Assembly: GCA_965369865.1 (NCBI GenBank) | Contig: CBDURU010000022.1 | Coordinates: 1 to 37,604 of the forward strand | Direction of reading: 5' to 3' | DNA from: an uncultured bacterium | Lineage (GTDB): Bacteria > JAJVIF01 > JAPKYR01 | Length of the DNA: 37,604 nucleotides | In this document: in pieces, positions 27,171 to 37,459 of the stretch | Position numbering within the stretch: position 1 is the first letter of the stretch | How the letters are laid out: every line of letters begins with the position of its first letter | The notes under the pieces: model-generated | The model's input: only the letters and a program-made list of their open reading frames with translations | What the model was told of the DNA's origin: nothing | Databases searched by the model: none | Position numbers and translations under genes: made by a program

Positions 27171-28916
27171 TTATTCAAGGCCATAGCCGGTTAAATGACC
27201 GTCGCTATCCGCGTCATCCATTGCTATGGGATCATTGTTTATCATTCCACTCAGTGCGAGGTACGGGTTCACAATTCCCGATCCTAATTCACCGATGTAA
27301 CCCGGGTTATTTTCGTAAACGTCATTGGTATACATTGTCAGAATCTGGACGCACTGCTCGTTGGTTAAATTTGCATTCGCCGAGAAGAGTAACGCTGCGC
27401 ATCCCGACACGAGCGGTGTTGCCATACTGGTGCCGGAAAGGTATGCGTAACTGTCATCAAAATATGTTGCGTAAATCCCGGTACCGTAGGCTGAAATATC
27501 AACCCATCCGCCGTAATTTGAAAAACTTGCTTTATTTCCGCTCTTGTTTATCGCTGCGACCGCAACAACATGGTTATGGGCGGCAGGATAATATGGTAAA
27601 TCCGTATTTGAATTCGCAGCGGCAGCAATAAGAACCTTGCCTCGAGACCAGGCTCCATCGATCGCGTTCTGGAGCAGGCTGGACTGGTAGGTCGTGCCTA
27701 TCGACATGCTGATTACCTTGACATTCGACATGTTAGTGGCGTAATCGATAGCATCAATAATCGCCGAGAAAGTCGCTCCGGTGTCTCCATTGGTTGGGAA
27801 AATCCTCAGGGGAAGGATAGTAACATCATATGCGATCCCCAATGCGCCGATTCCGTTATTCGCCTCAGCCGCGATAATACCCGCTACGTGTGTTCCATGG
27901 CCGACGTTCTGATCGGGTACGCCATCGCCGTTGTTATCTACACCGTCGCCCGGTGTTTCTCCACCAAGACCGTCGCCGCCAGAGATGAAATCCATGCCGG
28001 GAACAACATTGGCATCAAGTTCCGGATGGTCTCTATCGACACCGGTATCGATAACAGCTACCCAGACATCCGCTGATCCCGTTTCAATGTCCCATGCGAG
28101 TTCCGCATCTATCTTGGGAAATTCATGTTTCAAATCATATTCAGGATCACTCGGCAGGATTGCCAGGTATGCGAAATAGTTAGGTTCAACAATCTCAACC
28201 ATCGGATCATCCGCGATTTCCCGCATGGCCGCGCCAAGGTCCACATCGGGATCCATCTTCATTCTGAAAATCGGTTCATTCCTGGAAATTCGCTCGAGGA
28301 CACGGTAATCCTGGCCGGTCCTGAGATTGAGTATGCCTGTCAGGGGTGCATCGTCTGTAAGTTTCACAAGCAACTCACCCGCTACAGCCGGAGCCGTGTA
28401 CCCGGTCCGGGCATCTGTAAACATTATTTCGTGGACAGGTTCATCCGGAGGAACACTAAATTCATAAGGATTGTATGAAACGATGACCACCATTCCGAAC
28501 GCCTGGTCGATCCCTGCGTTAATCGATTCGAATACAAGTTGTACACTTCCCTCAGTCCGTGGCGCCACCCATTCGTATAAACCATCGCTGGATATAATCT
28601 CCATCCCGACGTCATTACCGTCAACGACCCAGGAACCAGCCGTGCAGATGGCCCTGAAGCTTATATCGTTAACCTCCGGAGCGAGTGCAAGAGTAATAAG
28701 ATGAGCCGATCCGGGAATTACCGAAGCTAAGGTTGTGCCCGGTTCTATAATTACACCGTCAAGTCCAACATTACCGGTGTTGAGGTCGAGGTTACTGTAA
28801 TCGGAATCCATATCCGGAGCCAGATTACTGTTAACCGGGTCTGAGCCTCCACAGGCTGTCAAAGTAGAAAGCAGGAGGGCAAAAGATAATATAAATGTAA
28901 TACGCAACAATTTCAT
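27171..28916 (-). CDS. S8 subtilisin/thermitase-like serine peptidase, lipoprotein
   Basis: Lipobox LTAC; propeptide ending VEPNY; catalytic triad VAVIDTG, HGTHVAG and GTSMATP. Confidence 0.93.
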   Translation of the reverse strand: MKLLRITFILSFALLLSTLTACGGSDPVNSNLAPDMDSDYSNLDLNTGNVGLDGVIIEPGTTLASVIPGSAHLITLALAPEVNDISFRAICTAGSWVVDGNDVGMEIISSDGLYEWVAPRTEGSVQLVFESINAGIDQAFGMVVIVSYNPYEFSVPPDEPVHEIMFTDARTGYTAPAVAGELLVKLTDDAPLTGILNLRTGQDYRVLERISRNEPIFRMKMDPDVDLGAAMREIADDPMVEIVEPNYFAYLAILPSDPEYDLKHEFPKIDAELAWDIETGSADVWVAVIDTGVDRDHPELDANVVPGMDFISGGDGLGGETPGDGVDNNGDGVPDQNVGHGTHVAGIIAAEANNGIGALGIAYDVTILPLRIFPTNGDTGATFSAIIDAIDYATNMSNVKVISMSIGTTYQSSLLQNAIDGAWSRGKVLIAAAANSNTDLPYYPAAHNHVVAVAAINKSGNKASFSNYGGWVDISAYGTGIYATYFDDSYAYLSGTSMATPLVSGCAALLFSANANLTNEQCVQILTMYTNDVYENNPGYIGELGSGIVNPYLALSGMINNDPIAMDDADSDGHLTGYGLE

Positions 28917-28956
28917 ATATAAACACCTCTGAAAAATGGTGATCTTTCTTAAAGCA

Positions 28957-28972
28957 TGCAGTTATCGTGCCA
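28957..28972 (-). promoter_or_regulatory. Sigma54-type (-24/-12) promoter upstream of the S8 peptidase
   Basis: TGGCACGATAACTGCA versus consensus TGGCACG-N4-TTGCW: one mismatch, exact spacing, 40 nt before the ATG. Confidence 0.65.
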
Positions 28973-29053
28973 TATATCACCTTATAGCAATTATCACCAG
29001 AAATCCTGCATCCTTCTATTAATGGGGCATTGCGAACGGCCTATATTACTTGA

Positions 29054-29317
29054 TTAATCCAAATCCGCCAACAATGTCGACGGAATGTCCGAAACGGACA
29101 TTTTGACCGCACAATCCGTGGCCACGGCTACCCATTTTTCCCCTGGTATCGGCCTTAAAACATCCTGCCTGTATTTAATTAACCTGTATCCAGGTATATA
29201 ATCTTCCGCATGCGCAACCTGACTGGCGTTATCCACATCCCATTGAATGTATGGTAAATTCTTTAATGAACCGAAGGCCATAAGACAGGTGTGTTTTGTG
29301 AACTTCCATGAGATCAT
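29054..29317 (-). CDS. Possible small hypothetical protein (87 aa)
   Basis: The only ORF filling a 470-nt gap. No clear RBS and no recognised motif. Confidence 0.35.
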   Translation of the reverse strand: MISWKFTKHTCLMAFGSLKNLPYIQWDVDNASQVAHAEDYIPGYRLIKYRQDVLRPIPGEKWVAVATDCAVKMSVSDIPSTLLADLD

Positions 29318-29450
29318 TCAGTCTGATTAACCAAAAGGAGCTTGCGGAAAAAAATAGTATTATCCGGCTGGTAACTCACCAATCCGCAATTTGTTAAGAA
29401 ACTTGAGAATTCATGAACGATATCCAATATCCAGATGGATCCCTGTATTC

Positions 29451-32180
29451 ATGAAATTCGCGGGAATTATTTTCCTTGCGGTAAATTTTTTATATTTCCC
29501 GGTATTCGCACAGGATGGCATTAACCTGTACGGGAGTAACGAAGTCGAGGCTGAACCGTCCGAACTCGAACAGGTGCTTGATGAAAGGATCGAGGATGAA
29601 GAGGAAATTCTTGCCGGGCAGACCGCGGAAGGCCTTACAATGCAGGTCCGTCTCGGTTTCGGCAGGTATATCAGGCGCGGCCGGTATTTTCCGGTCACGG
29701 TAACAATCGAAAACACAGGCCCGTCCAGAACCGGCGAAATAAGAATAATCAGCCAGGACCCCCTCGAACCCCTGACCGCGGTTTTCAAGGCTGAGTGCAA
29801 TATTCCCACAAACTCGAGGAAAACATACTACCTCTACCCGTACGTATTTAATCCCGATCCATCTCCCTCGATCTATGTTCAGTACGTCGAGAAAATCCCG
29901 GTGTTGACCGAAACTCTCGACCTCGTAATGCTCAATGACGAAGAAAATCTGTGGATGGAAGTAGCCGATGAGGGAGCGTCTTTTACATTTATGGCAAATT
30001 CGATACTCCCAAATGGGTCATCATTTTCAGATATTTCGCAACTGGTTGCCGAAGAGCCGGTGTCTTACTCATATGGTTCCTATGGTTCACAACCTTCAAG
30101 CGGCGATGAGTCGACAATTGATTACCAGGAAATTAATCCTGTGATCGGGTGGCTTCGTGCAGTAAACCTGCCCGACCGTGCTGAGGGTTACAAGAGTATC
30201 GATGGATTGATCCTGAATACACGCCGGCTTTATGAATTGACCGAAGACCAGATGGTCGCATTGATGGAGTGGATTGCAGGCGGTGGAAATATGATCGCAT
30301 GGCTGGGAGACGATCCGACACGGTACCAGGGGTCTTTTCTTACCGGTGCGGTTGACGGCGGTGACTGGGTGGGTCCATCCGTTATAACAGAACCGGTTGT
30401 CAGGACAACACTGACATCATTAAACGCGGTACCCGGTCTGACCGGTAACCGGACTGTCCTTGGAAATTTCCCGGTTACCTACGCGCCCCAGGAATCCGCA
30501 AGAACGCTCCTTTCCGAAGGCGACATACCTGTTCTGCAGCATCTGAGTTTCGGACGCGGCGATATCCTGCTTTCCGGTCTGGATCTCGGGGCGCTCAAAA
30601 ATGTAGCCCCGGACGGACTCGACAGGTACATGTCATTTCTGATGGGTTACCTGATGTCGCAGGATGACAGGCCCTCATATATCATAAAAAACAGTCCTGA
30701 TTATATTCCTTACCTCAGGTATGGTGGAGCCTCCGGTCCCGATGACGAGCAGCAAAAATTTGTCAGGCGTTCATTTTATAATGTCCTTCAGAACCTCGAT
30801 AACACGATCCAGACCGATAACCTGACCGCACTCCCCGCATTAAAGGCGATAACACTGTTCCTGGTAGCCTACATATTTATCGTCGGCCCGATCAATTATT
30901 TCATCCTTTTAAAAATGCGTCGACGTGAATGGCTGTGGTATACGATACCGCTGATTGTGGCTGTTTTTATTCTCGGGTCCTACTCCTGGGCTTTGCAGAC
31001 CAAGGGTTCAAAACTGTTACTGACACGTGTCAATGTAATCGATGCCTACCCTGAGCATGGACTTGCCCTGCAATCGAGTTATTTCGGTTTATTCAGTCCC
31101 GCCGCCCGTCGTTATGATGTAAAACTTGCCGGAGAACAGGACCTGATCCGCGAACTTGAGGTTCCCGACCCATCTACAGAAAGGTATGGGATGCCAGCAG
31201 ACGATCAAGGTTCAGGTGATCCGTTGACACTCATACAGGATGGAGAAGGAAACACAGCCTATGCCGATAACGCATATATCCGTATCTGGTCGGAGGTTCA
31301 CTTTGAAACCGAGGGGGCTGTGGAAAATCCCGGATTCGTAGCCGCGGACGATGTATCCCTTGTGAATAATCACCTCCAGGGAACGCTCGATGTCTCACTG
31401 GATATTGAACTTGAACATCCTTTCCTTTTCTACTACACGCGAGGCGGATTTTCCACGCAGCCGCTCAGCCAGGACGGGGAGCCGGTTCTGAGCCACGGTA
31501 ATTTCGCTTTCGATCTTTTCCTCGACATGAGATCGGCAGACCCCGATAACGGTGTAGCTCACGATCTTGCTTTGTCGCCAAAGGAAAATGAACTCAGGAA
31601 TGTGGCTATTGATATTTTGAGAGCACGACGGCACCAGAACTCGCCCATGGATGAAATAATACTGGCGGGATTCATATCCGGAGTGGCGGCGAGGCCACTG
31701 GAGTCGCCGAGGGTCAGGTCTGTCAGGGAACAGACGCTCGTCCTGTACCATATTCCGCTTGATGATGTCGGTGGGCCGTTCAACGTCGACAACGCCTCAT
31801 ATCACATTCTCGGCCTCCGTGCGACCAACATGGAAATCGAACGGAACGGCGATTTCCTCATGGAAGACGGCGAGATGATCTATTCAGTCACGTTCCCACC
31901 GATAGATAATCTGACTGATATGCCGGGATCATTAAAGCTCAACGTGGGAGTCGGCAGATCCGGTGGTCGATTCATTTTCACCGCATTCGACCATCAACAG
32001 AACCAATGGGCTTCACTCCCCGAGTGGAAAACGTCAGGTTATATTATTACTCTCAGCCTTAATAATGTATCCCGATTCATAGCCGACGATGGAAGGACCC
32101 TCTTATTGAAGATCGAGGGAAATCCGGAAAAAGAAGGGGATATAATCTCGCTTAATGGCATTCTGATCGATGCGTCATAG
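29451..32180 (+). CDS. Large membrane-anchored protein with a class I glutamine-amidotransferase-like extracellular domain and a central TM pair
   Basis: Signal peptide from ATG 29451 (ORF open from 29391). GRYFPVTVTIEN, LMEWIAGGG, FGRGDI and YIFIVGPINYF...RREWLWYTIP. Confidence 0.8.
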   Translation: MKFAGIIFLAVNFLYFPVFAQDGINLYGSNEVEAEPSELEQVLDERIEDEEEILAGQTAEGLTMQVRLGFGRYIRRGRYFPVTVTIENTGPSRTGEIRIISQDPLEPLTAVFKAECNIPTNSRKTYYLYPYVFNPDPSPSIYVQYVEKIPVLTETLDLVMLNDEENLWMEVADEGASFTFMANSILPNGSSFSDISQLVAEEPVSYSYGSYGSQPSSGDESTIDYQEINPVIGWLRAVNLPDRAEGYKSIDGLILNTRRLYELTEDQMVALMEWIAGGGNMIAWLGDDPTRYQGSFLTGAVDGGDWVGPSVITEPVVRTTLTSLNAVPGLTGNRTVLGNFPVTYAPQESARTLLSEGDIPVLQHLSFGRGDILLSGLDLGALKNVAPDGLDRYMSFLMGYLMSQDDRPSYIIKNSPDYIPYLRYGGASGPDDEQQKFVRRSFYNVLQNLDNTIQTDNLTALPALKAITLFLVAYIFIVGPINYFILLKMRRREWLWYTIPLIVAVFILGSYSWALQTKGSKLLLTRVNVIDAYPEHGLALQSSYFGLFSPAARRYDVKLAGEQDLIRELEVPDPSTERYGMPADDQGSGDPLTLIQDGEGNTAYADNAYIRIWSEVHFETEGAVENPGFVAADDVSLVNNHLQGTLDVSLDIELEHPFLFYYTRGGFSTQPLSQDGEPVLSHGNFAFDLFLDMRSADPDNGVAHDLALSPKENELRNVAIDILRARRHQNSPMDEIILAGFISGVAARPLESPRVRSVREQTLVLYHIPLDDVGGPFNVDNASYHILGLRATNMEIERNGDFLMEDGEMIYSVTFPPIDNLTDMPGSLKLNVGVGRSGGRFIFTAFDHQQNQWASLPEWKTSGYIITLSLNNVSRFIADDGRTLLLKIEGNPEKEGDIISLNGILIDAS

Positions 32181-32883
32181 GATAGAACCATTTACCAGCC
32201 TTACCATTTACCTTGTTGGTGGAATCCTTACCCAACCCGCATGGCTGATGGCGCTCTTCCTTTTCCTGGTCTGCATGGTGCCATTTGCAGGCGGGACAAT
32301 GCCGTACAGGGGCGATGCGTCGCAATTTCTCGATCCCTTCGCGTTCAGCTTGCTGACGCCATCGAACAGGGCGTTCGGTCCGGTATCGATGCTGGCGCTC
32401 GCGGGAATTTTTATTATCCCGTCCGCGATGATCTACTGGCGGAACACAAAATTGCCATCTATGCTTTTTAACAATAGTACTGTAACAGTCAAGGGAATAT
32501 TGCCGTTTGCAGCATGTTGTTTATATTTCCTGATCCTCCTGCTAAGTCTGCCATTAATCGTGCATTCATCCGCTTTCCAGAGTCCAGCCAATGTCGCGAT
32601 CTCCATTTTCGACCTTGTTCTGATCGCGTTATCCGTAGCATGGCTGGCCAGTTTCACAATGAAGAGCGTACGGGAACCAAGGCTCGGATCGCTTGTTGTC
32701 TGGATGGTCATCGGCGCCTATCATCTCGCGCGGTGCATGACCGATGAATTTTTAATAGCGCCGGGGATTCGCGATTTAATTGAAGGAACATGGACCCTGG
32801 TAGCATGGCATGGGATTCTGGCAGTCGTGGCTTTCACGCTGCATTCAGTACAGGGACCTTCTCGTCAGGAAATGATAAACTAG
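32170..32883 (+). CDS. Multi-pass membrane protein (about 6 TM; ABC-2 permease-like size)
   Basis: Hydrophobic 237-aa ORF overlapping the upstream stop; operon-like arrangement. Confidence 0.7.
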   Translation: MRHRIEPFTSLTIYLVGGILTQPAWLMALFLFLVCMVPFAGGTMPYRGDASQFLDPFAFSLLTPSNRAFGPVSMLALAGIFIIPSAMIYWRNTKLPSMLFNNSTVTVKGILPFAACCLYFLILLLSLPLIVHSSAFQSPANVAISIFDLVLIALSVAWLASFTMKSVREPRLGSLVVWMVIGAYHLARCMTDEFLIAPGIRDLIEGTWTLVAWHGILAVVAFTLHSVQGPSRQEMIN

Positions 32884-32893
32884 GAATGTAATA

Positions 32894-35212
32894 ATGGGGA
32901 AACAACGAGGAAAAAAATTTGAAGTGTCCAAACAAAACCGGTCGATCCGGCTGATCTCAATCGCCCTGGCAATATTTTTTTTACTTACCGCACCGGTTAC
33001 CGCAATTCCCGATCCTGATGATCTGATTATCGGGGGCACATTTGGTTTCAATGGCTATTATAAAAAGGAAACGCCGACCCCGATAAAAATAACCATCCGG
33101 AACGACGGCGAGCAGTTCGATGGATGGATTTCCGCCGATCTTTCATCGTGGGTCCCGCCAACATACTACACGAACAGGGTCGCGATTCCTCCGGGCACCA
33201 GCCGCACGATTGAGCTTAGTTGTTTCGGGGCTTATAACGCGACAACGAGGAGCATAACGGTCACTCTACTGACATCGGATGGAAATCCCATCAAGCAGGA
33301 AGTCCTCGATATTTCGATTATCGGATCATCGGATTCGCTGGTCGTTCACCTTGGGGATCCATCAGGCGATCTGGACAAGCTGTTCGAGGGTCCAAATCCC
33401 GGTGCAATTGTGATGGTATCTGAAGGAAGCAATCAACTGCCAGGAATATATTCATACCAGCCGAAAATTTTCCCGGTGACCGCCAGTCCGACGGACCTTC
33501 CAGGTAATCCAATTCTGCTAGAGGGTGTATCGCTTATTACAGCCAATATCTCAACCTGGCTGTCACTGCCCGACCCGATCCGGGATACGATTTTTGAATA
33601 TGTCAGGCATGGTGGAAATATCCTGATTTATTACCGGGACGGGATCGATCCTGTCGATGGATGGGAAACCGATCCGATTTTGCATGTAAGCCCGATAGAT
33701 GGCACTGTATCAATCACATACGATGAATTCGTGGAAGCCTGCAGCGCTGTTTTTCCCCCAAAGGAATACTGGGGTGATAAGCCGACCTTTGGTTATGAAA
33801 TCGAAAGAAATATCAGCGGTGAATTCATCGAGGATACAGAGGTCGAATCCCTCAACAGCCTTCCCAATATTCAGAAATTACAATTTACCCCGCCCGATTC
33901 ATACAAGTTAATCCAGGTTGAACCGGGTGTGCCTTCCGTAGTTATCGACTCGCGCATCCCCGGCACACCATTGTTATCGACGCGTCTTCTAGGAAAGGGA
34001 CATGCCGCATTTGCCGCGTTCGATCCCTTTGAAGGCTCCCCCACCGCTCGAGACCTGCCTGTCCGTCTCCTTGCGCTCTCGGGCCTTCTCAATCCGATTT
34101 CACCCGTGAGAGAACTCGCGTCGGACTCCGTGATCACTATTCAAAATCTCCAGGAACTACCGATCCAGGATTTTTTCAGACGCGGATCGCTTTCGAGCGG
34201 CGGCCAGGTTATGCGATGGCTTGAGGCACTTGGACCGGCGCTGATTTACCTTCTTGGACTTCCAATTCTGATCATTGTCGCGAAAGGCCGGGGCCAGATA
34301 ATCCTCGGTCTGTTCATAATCTGGTCGGTGGTTTTTACCGGATATACGCTTGTTCAACGAACCATCCCCCTATCCGACAAAATTATGATCAACGAGGTTT
34401 CCCTGTACTGGTGCGAGGCGCTTATACCGGATGAGATCGATTACGCCGACACGGGAGCAACGATTTTATATACCGGCATGTCATACAGGGCGACCACATC
34501 GGTCCCGCGTAACATTGAGTTCAACTACGAAAATGGCGTACTCGATGAATTCGTAGACCCGACAACATGGCCGTACGGCAGGCTGACAATAGAAGAGGGC
34601 CACAACATACGCCTGCCCGATCTGCCGCTGGAGACTATAGCCTTTCAAACCTCCTCGCCCGGTGAAAGGAAATTCCTGTACCGACGTCCGGCGCCCGAGT
34701 TGACAGCCACGGGCCAGCTTACGGTCGGGCCCGATTTCGCCCATCTCTATTTCGACGCCAGGCTTCCTTTCCCCACCGAAAGTTCACGGGTTACCGTAAG
34801 CTCGAATGAGATGTTTGTCGGGAAGAATTTCGGCCCCCAGGGCGAGGAATTCCACCTGGACATGGACTTTATTGAAAATGCGGAAATCCGTAGAAGCGAG
34901 GACCTTTTCCCGGACTGGCAGTGGGAGGGTCCGGGAAGTTTCGATCCCGCTGATACTGTCTCGCATGAACAGGATATCCCTCATCAGCTCAGGCGGGTCC
35001 AGGATATTATTTTCTCAATGCCGGTTCGACGCGCGCAATTTAACCTGGTCGAGGATGAAACCGAGCGTCCACTTCAGGCGCAGATGATGCTGACGTCGTT
35101 TGGGGTCGCGTCCGATGTAAATATCGATCGGGGAGAGCTGGAGCATCATTCGATGACGGTAATGGTCATCTCGATCCCGATTGTGTATGTCGAGGAACCG
35201 AGAGGGGAGTAG
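32894..35212 (+). CDS. Paralog of 29451-32180, large membrane-anchored protein
   Basis: FGFNGYYKKETPTPIKITIRNDG, IPPGTSRT, FEYVRHGG, LGKGH and a TM pair, in the same order as in the paralog. Confidence 0.8.
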   Translation: MGKQRGKKFEVSKQNRSIRLISIALAIFFLLTAPVTAIPDPDDLIIGGTFGFNGYYKKETPTPIKITIRNDGEQFDGWISADLSSWVPPTYYTNRVAIPPGTSRTIELSCFGAYNATTRSITVTLLTSDGNPIKQEVLDISIIGSSDSLVVHLGDPSGDLDKLFEGPNPGAIVMVSEGSNQLPGIYSYQPKIFPVTASPTDLPGNPILLEGVSLITANISTWLSLPDPIRDTIFEYVRHGGNILIYYRDGIDPVDGWETDPILHVSPIDGTVSITYDEFVEACSAVFPPKEYWGDKPTFGYEIERNISGEFIEDTEVESLNSLPNIQKLQFTPPDSYKLIQVEPGVPSVVIDSRIPGTPLLSTRLLGKGHAAFAAFDPFEGSPTARDLPVRLLALSGLLNPISPVRELASDSVITIQNLQELPIQDFFRRGSLSSGGQVMRWLEALGPALIYLLGLPILIIVAKGRGQIILGLFIIWSVVFTGYTLVQRTIPLSDKIMINEVSLYWCEALIPDEIDYADTGATILYTGMSYRATTSVPRNIEFNYENGVLDEFVDPTTWPYGRLTIEEGHNIRLPDLPLETIAFQTSSPGERKFLYRRPAPELTATGQLTVGPDFAHLYFDARLPFPTESSRVTVSSNEMFVGKNFGPQGEEFHLDMDFIENAEIRRSEDLFPDWQWEGPGSFDPADTVSHEQDIPHQLRRVQDIIFSMPVRRAQFNLVEDETERPLQAQMMLTSFGVASDVNIDRGELEHHSMTVMVISIPIVYVEEPRGE

Positions 35213-35242
35213 GAACCTGACAATCCACTGGTAAACATGATT

Positions 35243-36454
35243 TTAATTAATATCTATTTCAATCTCATAAATAGTAAACGCTGGAGCAATAAGATGATAA
35301 TATGGTTCGAATTCGTAATCATGATTTACAATACCAATCAATTGATAAATCCCGTTTGGGTGAGTAAAAAAATAGTGATAGTTAATACAACGCCAGTGAG
35401 CGGGATCCGTTGAATCGCACACATCAGTCGCATATTGAATCTGGTTAATCGAGATTTCCTCACTCCAGGATGCTGCCCATGGTCCAATGCCCAAATATCC
35501 CGGATCTTCCGGGAGATACCAGTACTCAATTTCAATACGGTTCTCGTAAACAGAGTGATTTTTCCAGCCGCAGCATTGATCGGAGTCGATCACCTCACCG
35601 TCATTCCATACAATATTGAAGCTGTAACATTCCGGCATATTCGCTGTGATCGGGAAATCATCAACCGGGTTGGTTACAGGCATATTTATCGGGGGCTCCC
35701 AGCAGACTTCAACAGCATAACCGACTTCCGCGGTTCCCGGCGGTAACGCGATGTGATAAACGCGTTCGACCGATTTTCCAACCTCAAGCATGTGCCGTTC
35801 CTCGTTCGAGTAAAAATCCAGATAAGCGTTGACATTCGCTGTGGGAGTTTCGCCCGCGTATTTGCCGGGCCAGTAGCTGAAGATCGGCAGGTCTGATCCC
35901 GAGTCGTACCACGGGCTCCAGCGGTGCGTATAACCATCCGCGTTCAGGACTTCCGGGTCGCCCAGGTACCTCCATGAAAGACGATAATCCTGGGGATAAA
36001 GAGGGTATCTTTCGTACGCGATTGGAATTATGTGCGATCCGCGAAACATTAATATCCCTTTGACGTCAAAGACAGTAAATTCGGGCATCCCATAGAACGG
36101 ATTTGTTATTTCGAGCGTCAGGTCGATAGTCACATCGCCATTCGAGTGGATATCGGTAACCAGGACACAATCGGGATCCTGATCCTCAAGAAATTTCAAC
36201 GCGTTGAGATGTACCCGCGCGCGACGGTTTGGAACAAGTTCCGCCGATGAGTGATCCTCGCTTATATAGATCATCCCATTGCCCCAGAGACGGTGTGGTT
36301 CCGAAATTTCTTTAACCTCACCCAGCTCAGGCGCGCTTACTCTGGACTGGTCGGCGCTTCCATCGATGAAACCAGGATCGGTGGGGATCGTCCCGGTGCG
36401 TGCGCAACCAAAAATCAGGATAGCAACCAATATTAAAAGAAAATGGGTCCTCAT
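35243..36454 (-). CDS. Lipoprotein sharing the unrecognised N-terminal domain of 22439-26245
   Basis: GGAGGG RBS before ATG 36454 (MRTHFLLILVAILIFGC lipobox). Motifs NPF...FTVFDVKGI, NADGYT and DFPITAN. Confidence 0.82.
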   Translation of the reverse strand: MRTHFLLILVAILIFGCARTGTIPTDPGFIDGSADQSRVSAPELGEVKEISEPHRLWGNGMIYISEDHSSAELVPNRRARVHLNALKFLEDQDPDCVLVTDIHSNGDVTIDLTLEITNPFYGMPEFTVFDVKGILMFRGSHIIPIAYERYPLYPQDYRLSWRYLGDPEVLNADGYTHRWSPWYDSGSDLPIFSYWPGKYAGETPTANVNAYLDFYSNEERHMLEVGKSVERVYHIALPPGTAEVGYAVEVCWEPPINMPVTNPVDDFPITANMPECYSFNIVWNDGEVIDSDQCCGWKNHSVYENRIEIEYWYLPEDPGYLGIGPWAASWSEEISINQIQYATDVCDSTDPAHWRCINYHYFFTHPNGIYQLIGIVNHDYEFEPYYHLIAPAFTIYEIEIDIN

Positions 36455-36652
36455 GAAATTCCCTCCACAAAAATGTTGCCCTTCTGTTTCACAATTATTT
36501 CCCGGCAGAATGCCCCTCAAATAAGTTTTACTTCATAATTGCACATAAGTCAACCATGAAAATGATTTTAATAACAATGAGGATCAATATATTAATTAAT
36601 TCTCATTTTATTTGGTCATTTTAAGAGTTGGTGTTAGACTATAGTTCAGCAG

Positions 36653-37426
36653 ATGGGTAAGCCGTCCAAACCTTTTGAGCGTTACCGCACACGAAGTGCC
36701 CTGTTTTTAATGATCTACGCGGTCACCGCATTAATTTTCGGTGTGCCCAATATCAGCATTGTCACCCCCGAATCAGACCAGACACTCGGTATCATACTTA
36801 TCACCAGCCTGCTCGTTGTGACACGCCTCATCGGTTACGCGAAAATTGCCGGGTACACTCTTCTGGAACCCGAAATTATCAAGCGTAATTCAGGGCGGAT
36901 CGCGTTCGCTGTCTGGACAATAGCTATCGTGATGATCGCGAACGCGGCATACTTCCTTTACCGGTTCAGCCTTACGGATATTTCCGTCGTGGCGGTAAGT
37001 GCCGGATGCCTCGCAAGCGCCGGAGTAATGATCAGCCACCTTCTGGCGTCGAGGGACCGCGGGATAAGCAGGTCCAGCCTGATGCGGATGGTGTCCGGTA
37101 TATTAATCGCCATCGGATGCGCGGATATCTGCATTCTAAGATATGGAATCCTCTCCCCGATTATCGGACTTATCACCTTATTTTTCGGAATCTACACGGA
37201 GCGGAAACCGCTTGCCCTGGCAGGGAAACAAACACTTGCGGCAGCGAGCGGTGCAGCCGGGGCGGGAATAATAGTCTACTTCCTCAGATACTACCTGGAC
37301 CCATCGCTGACCGGCCAGACCGCGGTCCAGCCACAATTTGCCATTCTTATCGGCGCGGCACTCACAGCAACCGGTCTGGCATACTATGTCTACTCCAGAC
37401 GGGTATACGCATCGAAACCGGTGTAA
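36653..37426 (+). CDS. Multi-pass membrane protein of unknown function
   Basis: 257 aa with about 8 hydrophobic helices. Confidence 0.75.
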   Translation: MGKPSKPFERYRTRSALFLMIYAVTALIFGVPNISIVTPESDQTLGIILITSLLVVTRLIGYAKIAGYTLLEPEIIKRNSGRIAFAVWTIAIVMIANAAYFLYRFSLTDISVVAVSAGCLASAGVMISHLLASRDRGISRSSLMRMVSGILIAIGCADICILRYGILSPIIGLITLFFGIYTERKPLALAGKQTLAAASGAAGAGIIVYFLRYYLDPSLTGQTAVQPQFAILIGAALTATGLAYYVYSRRVYASKPV

Positions 37427-37459
37427 ATCCATACGACTCCAGAAAGACCTCTGTCTAAA

